NCBI GenBank assembly: GCA_964036045.1
Contig: OZ038378.1
Location: forward strand, 141,608,001-141,672,000
DNA length: 64,000 nt
Direction of reading: 5' to 3'
DNA from: Eutreptiella sp. 'Long Island Sound 2002'
Lineage: Eukaryota > Protista > Euglenida
This document shows positions 39,260 through 49,900 of this stretch, one piece after another (position 1 is the stretch's first letter; every line of letters starts with the position of its first letter). The position numbers were made by a program, and so were the translations under genes. Below the pieces are notes generated by a model that saw only the letters and a program-made list of their open reading frames with translations, was not told the origin of the DNA and searched no databases.

Positions 39260-39316
39260 TTAGGTGGCCCGGACGGCGGCCTCCGTGCCGTCGTCCGTGA
39301 GGTCGGCTTCCTCGTC
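39260..39316 (-). CDS. Candidate terminal exon of a nested antisense gene (DEEADLTDDGTEAAVRAT*)
   Basis: Minus-strand ACGACAG| acceptor, codons mostly GC3, TAA stop. CAG|GTGCGT donor 120 nt upstream is in phase. Confidence 0.3.
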   Translation of the reverse strand, partial: DEEADLTDDGTEAAVRAT

Positions 39317-40326
39317 CTGTCGTAACCAGTTCGGTCCACGACTGGGCTCAGGTCCCCCCCCCCCCCCGCACGCGCACAAGTCAGTGCGGGAGTCGGCAAA
39401 CCCCCGCATGGACTCGGAGTGTGCACCTGGACGCACCTGGTCAACGGCACGGGCCGCAGCGGTGTACACATGGCAAGGAAGACACCCTCGATCCCATGCA
39501 ACGTCCGGTATGTCGCGCTCGCGCTGAACATGCTGATCCCTGGGGCTGCCTGACCTGTCTCAAGCAGTGTGCTCTGGGCGTCATGATCCTTCTCTCTCTC
39601 TGTGTGCGCGCCGAACGCACGCCTGAGCTCCGTGAGGGGGGGGTTGTGTGCGGACCGCGCGCTTGTGTGCCGGGCGCAGGCACCGCCCTCTCCGCGCCCG
39701 GTATGCGCGTCGGACCGTCCAGTCCTGTGACTACAGGTGCACAGGGGGGGCGGAGGGTGCGTGTTTCTTGGGACGGGGGGGGGCGGGGGCCCTGGCCACC
39801 ACAAGTGCCGGCGCCGGCTCCCTGCCGGGGCCCCAGGCCCTGTGGGATATGCAGTGGGCTTGGGGCTTGTACAGGGGCTGTGAAGGGGCAGCAGCGCGTG
39901 CCACTGTCTCCGCGCTGGCCCAAGGCAACCTGCGCAGCCTCCTGCCGGGGGCCGTGCAGGGACATGCGGGAGAGAGTTCGGGTGGTCAGACCACCGCAGT
40001 GAACCGCTTGATCGGTCTCTGAAACCGGCGCTCCGATTCAGTGAACACCCGATGAATTACTGGGCCCTGTGACACGCGACTTTGGGACAGTTTGTCGTGT
40101 GGTGAGTGGCGGTGGGGGGGGGGGGGCTGAGGCATCGGAAGTGCAGCGGGTTCGGATGGGAGTGTCAGCAGCGGTTTGAGAGGCGGTTGGGGATGCCAAA
40201 CACATGGGGGGGGGGGGGTGATGGACGCGCGGTGTGCGTAGTGCACAGCCGTCCCCTTCACCCCAGGCCTGTCCTGGCTCAGCCAACCCACGGACCCCCC
40301 CCCCTCCCCCCCAACGGGCCCTCTGA

Positions 40327-41772
40327 GGGGGAATCTTTGCACTGCGCGCGCACTGCGCGCTACTTTTAGACTATGTTCCCCCGGAAGAGCCCCCAAGCAC
40401 ACCCCTTGGAAACGCCCTTAGAATTAGGTGACCCAAACTGCCCCAGCTCAAGAAAGTTGCAAACCACCTTCCCTGAACATAACACACATCATGCACATCT
40501 GGAAAGGCCATGAACAGCGCATTGGTCGCCACCCTCAAGAACACACAACTGTCTTTCTGGTCCATTGTCAACTAAGTACACATTGAGAATACGCAACTTG
40601 TGTGCACAACATGACACAGTTGCAGAATCAAAGAAATGTCACACTGTCACATGTGTGCGTGTCAATGCAATCCGTACAATATTGCAATTCACACTTGTCA
40701 CACATGGACATCTTTTCAGGGTCAAACTTGGTGCAACAAAGGGCACAAATATCCCCATCATCACCCACAACATCCTCATCATCATTGTCCTCCTGTGTAG
40801 GTGCGGTCCATACATGTGCAGGTACGTGTTCCCATGGACCATATGGAGGGTACCGTACCTGTCTTCGAATCAAAAATTGCTGCAAATGCAAGAGTACACG
40901 CACGTACTCATGCAACTCCGTACCGGATCCCCTCCATATGTTCCTTACGATGCCCCAGTGCCACATGCGTGCAAACAAGTGCTCAATGCGTGCCCTATAG
41001 AAACCATGAACATCGTTGTACTCCTTTTGCCGCTCGGTCAACGTCTTTCGACCGATAAATGGCCATGCCACATGGAGGCGCCCCTTGTATGCACCATCCA
41101 TGGAGCCAATCTCATAATCAATATAATGCCCCTTGCTCCTTTTCGGCCCTTCGCGATCCCAAATGAGAACATCCGCCGATGTCCCCGGGGCCAACGGACA
41201 AATCCAAACGATGTTGCCCAAGCTGTCAATGGCAACCGTAACTTTGTATACGCACCCGGCGTATTTAGGATTAAACAAGACATCACAAAGGATGCCTCCT
41301 ATGGACGCAATGGGCATGCTATCCACGTAGTGTGTCACGAAATATGGAAAGTGTGGGACGTGGTTCCACTCCGACAATCTTTCCGCCCATCGAATTTCAG
41401 CGACAACACCATTCAAGTAAGAACGAACATGATGCACACTTGCCCACCAAGCCTCTGCGGAGCACCCTGTTGCTCCGGAGAGGAGATGAACACACCTATG
41501 AGGTGGAGTGTGCTTGAGGAGGGAAAAAAAGCGGAACAAATGTTCGCGTGGAAGTAAATCATCATAGAGGGCGGAAATGCTACGTCACCCCTGCATTCTC
41601 GGGGGTCCCCAAAAGAAGGGGAACAAAATCAGAAGTCAAAACCTACGCCAAGGGTCACCATGATGCCCCTAGGGGCCCCTAGTATCACAAAGTATGGGTC
41701 TCTAGTACGGCCAGACGCCCAAATAGTTGCACTGCGCGCGCACTGCGTGCGCACTGCGCTTAAGGCTCCCCC
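40327..41772 (-). mobile_element. PIF/Harbinger-group (PHIS) DNA transposon, 1446 bp
   Basis: Ends GGGGGAATCTT / reverse complement GGGGGAGCCTT. TGA on both flanks (40324-40326, 41773-41775). GCACTGCGCGC repeats near both ends. Encloses a DDE transposase ORF. Confidence 0.88.
40628..41584 (-). CDS. DDE_Tnp_4 (Harbinger/ISL2EU/IS5-like) transposase with C-terminal Cys-rich finger; no ATG at the frame start
   Basis: VDSMP, YKVTVAIDSLGNIVWI, PGTSADVLIW, MDGAY and YNDVHGFYRARIEHLFARM are the family's catalytic and structural motifs. N-terminal HTH-like LLPREHLFRFFSLLKH. C-terminal CALC..CDKCELQYCTDCIDTH. Frame is stop-free from 41584 to 40628. Confidence 0.88.
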   Translation of the reverse strand, partial: RSISALYDDLLPREHLFRFFSLLKHTPPHRCVHLLSGATGCSAEAWWASVHHVRSYLNGVVAEIRWAERLSEWNHVPHFPYFVTHYVDSMPIASIGGILCDVLFNPKYAGCVYKVTVAIDSLGNIVWICPLAPGTSADVLIWDREGPKRSKGHYIDYEIGSMDGAYKGRLHVAWPFIGRKTLTERQKEYNDVHGFYRARIEHLFARMWHWGIVRNIWRGSGTELHEYVRVLLHLQQFLIRRQVRYPPYGPWEHVPAHVWTAPTQEDNDDEDVVGDDGDICALCCTKFDPEKMSMCDKCELQYCTDCIDTHTCDSVTFL

Positions 41773-42197
41773 TGAGCCCGGAATAGCGCCAAATGTCATG
41801 CTGTTTTGAATGGATCATGCACTTCTGTGGGTGCTTTTGTAGGTGGGTGGTTTTCAGGGTTGTTCCTGGGATAAGCAACGTAATAATTGGCGCTGTGCCC
41901 GCGCTGTGCGTGCGCTGTGCAAAAACGCCCCCTGGAGGGACCCCCCCCCCTCCTGGGCCCCAAGATAGTGCGGCCCCGCCGGGTCTAGACCGACTGAGCT
42001 GGGCTTCCCGTGCCCCCCCCCCCCCCCCCCGGGTCACACGGCATAAACCTGCGGGTCGTTGCGCTACGGGGGGGGGAGGGGGAGGGGAAGGGTGGGGGTA
42101 CAGACCGTGCCCGCCGTTCCGGTTTGGGGGCCGGGCCTCGCCCTCGTGTTGTGTCGGGGGGTCGCGGGCGTCCCTGACCTGCCCCTTGGGCCCGCAG

Positions 42198-43745
42198 GTC
42201 CTGTGCACAGGCGGCACGACCCACGAGGGCCTCGCGCTGCTGGAGGCGCTGCAGTCCTGCGTCTTCGACTCCGCGGGGAAGCTCCTGAGCGTCGACGAGT
42301 GCACGCAGTTGGACCTCTGGACCGCCACGAGCGCCGCCCCCGCGTCGCCCCCTGACAGCCCGCGGACCCGGTCCGCCGTGCGCCTTCCTTCGGCCGGCGC
42401 CCCGGCGGCGGCCACGGACGCGCCCCCCGCGCGCGGCGCTGAGGCATCGCGGGGCGCTGTCGGCGGCCGCGCCGCGCAGTACGTCCCGCACCGCGGCCCC
42501 TTCTTCGGGCCCAATCCGCTGCCGCAGAAGTGGCCGCTGGACGCCCCGCCCCTCGCCCGCCGCGGCTCCCTCAAGTCGAGCGGCGCGCCGGAGGGCACGT
42601 GGCCCAGCGGCCCGGACCCAGACCTGGCGCTCTGGTCATGTGCGATCACGAGTGACGACTCGATTGGGCCCGGCAGCGCGGGTACCATGAGCGCGAGCGA
42701 GACCCTGCAGCCGACCTCCTCCTCCATCGAGAGCGGCGGCGGAGGGCTGACGCCGGGCCTCGGGCCGTCCGCAGAGGGCGGCGGGGAGGGCCCGGGGCCG
42801 GCGGGCGCGCGGCGCGGCGCCGCGCGCTCTTCGGATCCGTCCGGGGCTCTGAGGCACATCTCGTGGGACCAGTTGGTCGAGGGGGACGGGGGCGTGCGGG
42901 AGTCGCTGGAGGAGTGGCCGGGCCCCGGCGGGTCCTGGCCCAGCCCCCCTCCGCCGTGGCAGCCCGGCCCCCCCGAACCCTTTGGCCCGGACAGCGGCGG
43001 GTCCCGACGCGTCACCGCCGAGCCCTTTGGGGACCAGCCCAGCCCCGGTCGTCCCCCGCCAGAGGGCCTGCCGGAGCGCGTCGTGCACACGCCCCAGAGG
43101 GCGTCGCGGCGCGCGGCCAAGTCCGAGGCGCGTAGGCAGTCCGTGACGCCGGCGCGCGGGGCCGGGCCGCAGGGCCGCACGCTCCCGCGCACCGCCCGCA
43201 TCATGCGCCCGGCGTCCCCCCGGCGCGACCCCGGGATCTACCTCCTCCCGAGGGACCCGATCGTCCCGGGCCTCACGTTCCCGGCCTTCAAACAGGTCAC
43301 GAAGGCGAAGGCCGCGCCGAAGCCCCGGAGCCGGCCCTCGTCCCGGGCGTCGCCGCGGGCGGTACACGTCCCGCCGCCGCCGCATGAGTCGCTGCTGCTC
43401 GTCCCCCTGATCTCGCCGCCGCCGGAGGACGCGGAACCCGCGCAGACACCAAAGGGCATGTCCCCGCGGGCACGGGGGCGCTCCTCGCTTGCCGACCGGC
43501 TCCCGGAGCCCAGTCACCGGCGCACGTCTTCGGGAGACGTTTGGTGCTCGGGACCCTCGGCGACGACGGGGGGCTCTGCCGGAGCCGAGTGGGAGGACGA
43601 CGGGTTTGAGGGACTGGACAACACGATCCGCGACCTCGAGAGCGCAGTGGCGTCTCGGCTCGCGGCATATTCCGTGACCGGCCCCCCCTTGCACACGTCG
43701 TTGACCGCGCAGCGGCGGCGCAGCCCCACGCCGTCGTCCCTGTGA
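42198..43745 (+). CDS. Host gene terminal exon (domain end plus long Pro/Ser/Gly-rich disordered tail)
   Basis: CCTGACC..CCCGCAG| acceptor in phase 0 with 38463. 516 codons including TGA, very high GC3. Junction reads FIDFMEHVLE|VLCTGGTTHEGLALLEAL. Confidence 0.85.
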   Translation, partial: VLCTGGTTHEGLALLEALQSCVFDSAGKLLSVDECTQLDLWTATSAAPASPPDSPRTRSAVRLPSAGAPAAATDAPPARGAEASRGAVGGRAAQYVPHRGPFFGPNPLPQKWPLDAPPLARRGSLKSSGAPEGTWPSGPDPDLALWSCAITSDDSIGPGSAGTMSASETLQPTSSSIESGGGGLTPGLGPSAEGGGEGPGPAGARRGAARSSDPSGALRHISWDQLVEGDGGVRESLEEWPGPGGSWPSPPPPWQPGPPEPFGPDSGGSRRVTAEPFGDQPSPGRPPPEGLPERVVHTPQRASRRAAKSEARRQSVTPARGAGPQGRTLPRTARIMRPASPRRDPGIYLLPRDPIVPGLTFPAFKQVTKAKAAPKPRSRPSSRASPRAVHVPPPPHESLLLVPLISPPPEDAEPAQTPKGMSPRARGRSSLADRLPEPSHRRTSSGDVWCSGPSATTGGSAGAEWEDDGFEGLDNTIRDLESAVASRLAAYSVTGPPLHTSLTAQRRRSPTPSSL

Positions 43746-44299
43746 TGGCCCACTCCGCGGGGCTTTTGACTGGGCCCACTGTGGCGTGTGACGTGTCGTC
43801 TCAGTGCAGTGCAACGCAGGGGCCGGGGGACGCGTGCCAGTGCCCCCGGGCCGTGCCCCGGCAGCGCAGACGACACAAAGGCGGCACTGCGCCTGAGGGC
43901 CCCCTCGCTCTCGACGTGCCCTCAGTCTTTCGCCATCGAACTGCCGCACCCACCCAAAGCACAAACGGGCCTCTGCAGGGGCCGCCCCCCATCGTCTGTG
44001 GTTGACTGGAGGCAGACGGCGTGTGGGATTATTCCCGTGGATTGCGCTGCCATTCAGTTCTGATGCCCCGTGCGCTGCCACAGACTTGCCGGCAAACGGT
44101 CTGGCGTGCCACTGATGCCGTGGGATGGGGCGGGGGGTGGTCTGCGGAGGGGCCGGCCGCGATCCAGAGGGTTCCCTCCACCAAAACCCCAACGACTGTG
44201 TACTGCCCCCATGCACCAGCCTTGTTTCTTGACCTCCCCCTCGTTTGTCTGCAGGATGCAACAACGATACCTCCCGAGCTAACCCGCTGCCTTGAACAC

Positions 44300-45161
44300 C
44301 CGTGGCTACCCCACGGGAGAACCACCACCGCAGCATCGCGCTCACAACCACAGCTACAGCCGTTGATATTGCCGGGATTCCGTCTCGGGGCTTTGAACAA
44401 GTTCGCCCGAGGGCAAAGTAGCAGTCGGTGCGCGTGGATCTGGGGGCTGGGATTGCTAGCCAGGGCATTCAGAGGACTCAATTGTGGCATGTGATATACG
44501 TTGCCTGCGATACGCAAGGCAATGTGGTGTATGGTGTGTATGATTTGTGTCACGTCCGGCACCCAGTGAATGCTCACCTGGGGGCGAGCGGCAGCGCGCT
44601 GGGCGCGCGCCGGGCATCTTTTTGGGCCACTTTTGATACGGAGCCGTAATCCACGCTTTTTGCATGGCCCCTTTCCGGTTGGGGAGATGGGGAATGCCCC
44701 TTTCCACAAGTTTTTTGGGGTTTGTTTTAGCTTCTTATGCATTTTGGATGTGGCATATTTAAATTGTCACCCATTTTCACCCATTTTCAACCATTTCCCC
44801 CCATTTTCCATTGCTCTTTTCTCCCCACCATGGGGACCCCGAGAAGGCAGGGGGGATGTAGCCATTCCGCCCACAGGGGCAAGTGCCAAGGAAGTATCTT
44901 TGGGGAACCCAAGGCCGTCCCGAGCTCTGCTTCGGTGGTTTCAGTACCTACGGGGAACCTAACCGTCCTTTGTCTTCGATTCAACCTTCCGGTGGTATTG
45001 GGGAAACCGGGCCGCCATGCAAGATGAGGGAGAGGATGAGGCAGATGTGTGCATTGTGTTTTCAGAAGCGCTCCACCAGCACCGTTTGTGGTGAGTGCCA
45101 GGAGCATTATTGTGACGAATGTATTGATGCCCACACTTGTGGGGAACAAGTTGTTTATTAG
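44300..45161 (+). pseudogene. Decayed second copy of the Harbinger-group transposase
   Basis: IYVACDTQGNVVYG resembles VTVAIDSLGNIVWI. QDEGEDEAD/MCALCFQKRSTSTVCGECQEHYCDECIDAHTC* matches the C-terminal finger of 40628-41584. Interrupted by another repeat. Confidence 0.55.
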
Positions 45162-46623
45162 CCAATACATGATGGATACAGATTGTTGTTGAATTCAGCT
45201 ATTTCGATTTATACAGTGTGCTTTGTAGGGAGGGTTTGCGGTCCACTCTGGTCGACTGGAGGGGCTCCTCTGGGGGAGGGTCTATCCAGGAGTAAAGCCC
45301 GGGACAGTTAATACAAGAGTAGCGCGCCGGGTGCGCGCCGGGCAAACCCCCCCCCTCGGGTTTCCAAAGAGGGACTGGTGTGGTCCCCATTGAAGACGTT
45401 GGTTGCACCTCTCGCCGAGCCGTCAAGTAAAATCACAGCTGAACGACCAAGTCCCTGCCTTCTGGCTTCACACGTACCATCGCAAAATGCCGAGTGTCAG
45501 AGTCTGCTGTGCCTTCTGTCTCCCAGTCAGCCGGATCTCTGCGGTTTCTCAAGGGGGTTCGTGCCAGCCACAGGTCATCCTTGCGCATGCTCAAGATGTG
45601 TCCATGACGAGCGGAACCTGTTTCCATGCCAAGGAGCCAACACCTAATCACGAGGGGAGTACAGGGGGTGGCCATTTCCCCCGTTCAGCCTCATGCGGCT
45701 CATGGGCTGTGGCGACAGGCTTCGACACCCTCCTCCGGAATCCGCATGGCGTGGGCCACGTGCAGCTGTTGAGGGGGGTGTCCCGTGACCAGCTGGACTA
45801 TTCTTTACATTTCACTTTGCACGGCGATGCTTCCACTTGTACCGGGTTGCCCCCGGGTGCCCCGATTGCAATGCCACGTGGCGCGCATCAAGGGCACCTG
45901 CATCGTCCAATTCTCTCCCCCTGGATGCCCCTGTGGCCTCTGGCCGGGGTGCACGTCGCACCAATGCCATCCTCTTCTGCAGGCTCCACTCAGTGATGCG
46001 TTTGCTGACCCCCAGAGTGTGGGGGCACCGGCCGGACCACAAGGAGGGGGGGGATGCCCCCCAACATCGGCCGAAGTAGCGGTGCGCTGGGGTGCCGGCT
46101 GGAACCCCGGGTCCGGCGCCACGCAGGGAGTCCTTTGCAGAGCCTCGAAGGGATTCGGAGTGGGTTCCTGGCACTCGGAGACTGCCTCGGTGTTCTGACT
46201 TGCACTCATGACATGTTTCCACTTGCACTCGCCACCAAGTTCCCGGTGTGCGCCGCCCTGCGTGTAGTCCTTTCCGCCCGTCAGTTTGGCAACCGCCCCC
46301 CACCCCCGTCCTCACTCTGACCGTTGTGTGTCGGACGGTGCGTTTCTCCACACCCCAATATGCATCATCCCTCCTTCCCACTCCTTTTGAAATTATGTGC
46401 CATTGGGTGGTTGCTATCAGTAGCTCTTGGTAGGCCGTGTGAAACAAGGTAAGTCCACCAAAAGTTCCGCCTACGGTTTCAATGAGCTGAGGTTAGGTAC
46501 CCCCCCCCCCCTCCCCCCTCCAGCGTCAGCATACAGCTTTCACCGATTCCGCTGATGCGTTCTGCCACGTTGGGACTGCCATGTTGGGCACCCGAAATAA
46601 TTGGGCTTTGAAATGGTCTGAAA

Positions 46624-46920
46624 GTGGGATCATTTCTGGTGATAACAAAATGCTTTGTGCGGGTACCAATGCGCTCCCGTGCAGACTGGGACCATGAAAT
46701 GTTTTTGCTGCCAGCAAAAGGGTGCCTTGGTGATCCCTTGGGGCCATTTGTTGCTGCTGATCGGTCTTTTTTGTGGGAGGTGTTGTCGAGGGCCCAACGT
46801 GCGCTTGTGTGTTGCACCGGTGCAGACGGCACGCTTTGGTGGAGGGCGAACCCGTGCCCGCTGCCCTTGATTCCGTGGTGGTACGGCAAACGGTATTCTT
46901 CAAACGAAAACCCCACTTGA
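46624..46920 (+). pseudogene. Non-LTR RT N-terminal remnant
   Basis: DWDHEMFLLPAKGCLGDP resembles SWTDTRIFLLYRKGDP at 29450-29520. Confidence 0.35.
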
Positions 46921-49900
46921 CCTCCCAGTGGCTCTACCTTTCTGTCGGACTTTTGGCACACATCCCGCAACCCTCCATCCCTGTCCCCGTTCCTCCCATC
47001 CTCCCACTTCCGCCGCATCCCCCATGTCACAAACCCGTTGTTTCCGCACCCAAGTCTGTCCCCTTGACCCCATTGATCCCAAGGAGCACGTGCTCTGGCC
47101 AACATCCGTCCAGCCTGGGACCCGGCGTTCAAGGCCCTGCCACACCCCCGTCCAATGAAGTAGAGAACGGGGGCACTCTATATGGCCAGAATCTCGGTTT
47201 TGACCCGCTGACCAATGCATCTGACTGCTTACCCCCTCTCCAGTCGTCGCCTGGGTGAGTCCAGCATGGGATCAGGGCCATCACTCAACAACTCAGCACC
47301 CCTGAGGGGTGGGCGTGGGGGGGGGGGGTCCCCAGACCCCCCCCCCCCCCCTCCCGCATCCCGTAAGAGATTGCGAAAAAAATTTCTGGGCCTTTCGGCC
47401 GATGAACCATTTTCTTTGGCCCCTTCAGCGCAGGTCAATTTGGGAAAATTTTTCTCCGGCGCCTTCAGCGTCGACCAGAACTCAGGACCAGAAGGGTGGG
47501 CGTCAGGACCCCCCCAACCCCCTTGGACCCCCCCCCCCTCCGCTTAAGTGAAGCGCTGAGGACCATGCGGGTGAATTGTGTCTCCCACGCCGCCCGATGC
47601 AGAGGCCTCATCGGCACCTTTAGGCTTGGGCTGAAACCCATTGCCCCTCGATGCCTTTCAGACAGATAAGACGGGCCCTGCGTCTGTGGCCGAAGCTTTT
47701 GTGTTGTGATGACCTTTCTCCGACGTTCGCACTCTGGTTTCCGTAAGCAGTTGTGCACTTCAGAACGCCCCTTGCCCTCAGTGCCACACTGACCTGCCGC
47801 ACCGACACGGCTGCCGACCTCCAAGCTGACTATGGTGGGCTTGACCCCTGCAGATCCGCCAAGGACACTTATTCCCTAGATCCTGCGGGGTCCTCGTATC
47901 GTACACATCTCACCACGTCTCGGGTCCCGGCGGCGATTGTTTGGCATCCAAAGGACCGCCTACCCCATACCGAGTGCCGGCTGCAATGGTGCACGCCCGA
48001 CTCTAATATCTTAAGCTAAGCAATTAACTTTAGTGTTACCACGGCAGTTCCAGTGTCAGTTTGGGACTCACAGTCCAGTGTGGGACGGATCACCGGGGGG
48101 GGGGGGGGGACGGGCCAGTCTGGGTCACCATGCCTCGTGTCGCATTACCCCACGACCACTCTCTGTGTTTAGTTGATGATTTGTTGTGGGCTGCCAGTCA
48201 GCCATCGCACCGCACTCCCGCCCACACAGTACTGTCCCGCGCCAAAAGAACAGGCACCAGCTGCCGAGGCGCCGAGCCACGGACGTTGGGTCCATCGTGC
48301 TCTTTGTGAGCCCCCTAGTCATTCAATTGCATTGTTGATTCGGAGCCGAGTTCTGTTGTCCCGGTGATCAGGGTGGCCTTTGGACTTTAACATGTTTCGG
48401 TGTACCAGAACGGGTGGGTCCTGCGTGTGTGTGGGGGGGGGGGGGTGCACACAGGCAAAACGCACTATGTTGTGATGCCGCGGCTGCATCAAGGCACCGT
48501 GTCCCGCCGTTTGCATGTGGCCTCACGCGGCGCGCGCCTCTGCATTTCCATGTGAAACCAACCGTGACCAGACCCTCACCCCTTTCCACACTGACTACCT
48601 CACTCAAGTCCTGCCTCCCGGGCACAGCAGCCGGTGCTGAAACGCAGCACAGTGGCGTTTGTACTTGTCAAATGTGGTGCTCTACGCTGTTTCTGCCGAT
48701 GGATCTGTCGCCAGCCAGTCCTATGACAGCCTGGCCGCTGGCGACAGGGATGAGCGCGCACTGCGCCGCCGATGCGCTCCAGATGGCGCGTTTCGTCCCT
48801 GGCCTTCGCGAATCTGAGGCAAAACAGCCGCCAGCTTGTGGTGGCTCCGGGCACAGGGGGGGCTGACTGCTGCATTCGCCTGCGTGCCGGGCGCGTGCAT
48901 GGCAGCCACTACGACGTGTGCAGCCGTCGGATACCGCAGCCAGTGGGCTCAAGGCCTCCCACACCCGCCCCTGTGAGGCTGTCCTCATCTGCTCCAGGGC
49001 CGCCTTCAAAGCGCACGGGGCCGCCGTTCCTGAAATGCTTCACGTCACACGCTCTTGTGGGCGTTCGCACGCCGGCAGCGATTCACTGGCAGAGGGAAGG
49101 GCAGTGAAGGGCCGTGGGAGGTGAATCGCTTGTCCAGTCAGACGGAGACTGCCATCCCCCCCCCCCCCCCCCCCGCGGCATGTTGCCGTCCCTTACCAGT
49201 GTACATACCCCCCCGGGGGGGGGGGGGGGGGAGGGGTAGCGACCCCAGCGGATGTGCCAAATGAGGGGGCAAAGCTTCCAGCGGGACTTGAGCCTTGCAG
49301 TTCGGGAACGCTTGTTGGCCCCGCCGCAGTCCCGCTCTGCCATTGCTCGAGGACCCCCCCCCCCCCCGCCCCCCTTCCCTGCAAAAGGGCGGACCGCGTG
49401 TAACCCAAAGCCCGTGTCCAGTCGCCGACCTGACCTGGAGGCCCTGGGGTGGGTGGGGGGGGGGGGAGAAGCGTCGCTTGGACAGTTTTCATCAACACCC
49501 ATGGCTGACATTGTATGACATGGCGCACGGTGCATCACACACAAGGAATATGGGCGGGAAGCCCCCGAGCTGAGTGAGGTCATTGGCATTGCCGAACAGC
49601 GGCAGTGCTGGAATGTCAGGGGCGTCGCCTGTGATGCTCCCGAGGACACGTTCCTGTTCCTGATGTACCCCCCCTCCCCCCCTGTCTAAGCTACGGCCTT
49701 GTCCAAGCTACAGTGGGTGTAGGGGCCGTGTTAATTCCGTACCTCATTGATTTGGTATGAAATGTAGTGCAACCGCATAACACATGGTTTTGGTGACAAA
49801 TCTGCCAATTACATGGAGTCATGGACACTTTTGTTGTGATTGTTTGCACACTTGAACCCACAGAGCTCTGATTTGAGGGATATTTGTGCATTATGTTCCC

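Noticed and set aside
41793-42197. N-terminal 135 aa of the 650-aa ORF
   Set aside because: Intronic repeat sequence with G/C homopolymers; codon bias and a clear acceptor start at 42198.
44270-44310. Kinase-like ELTRCLEHPWL motif
   Set aside because: Isolated; no other kinase subdomains nearby.
41702-44468. 500-aa and 610-aa minus-strand ORFs
   Set aside because: Antisense shadows of the GC-rich terminal exon.
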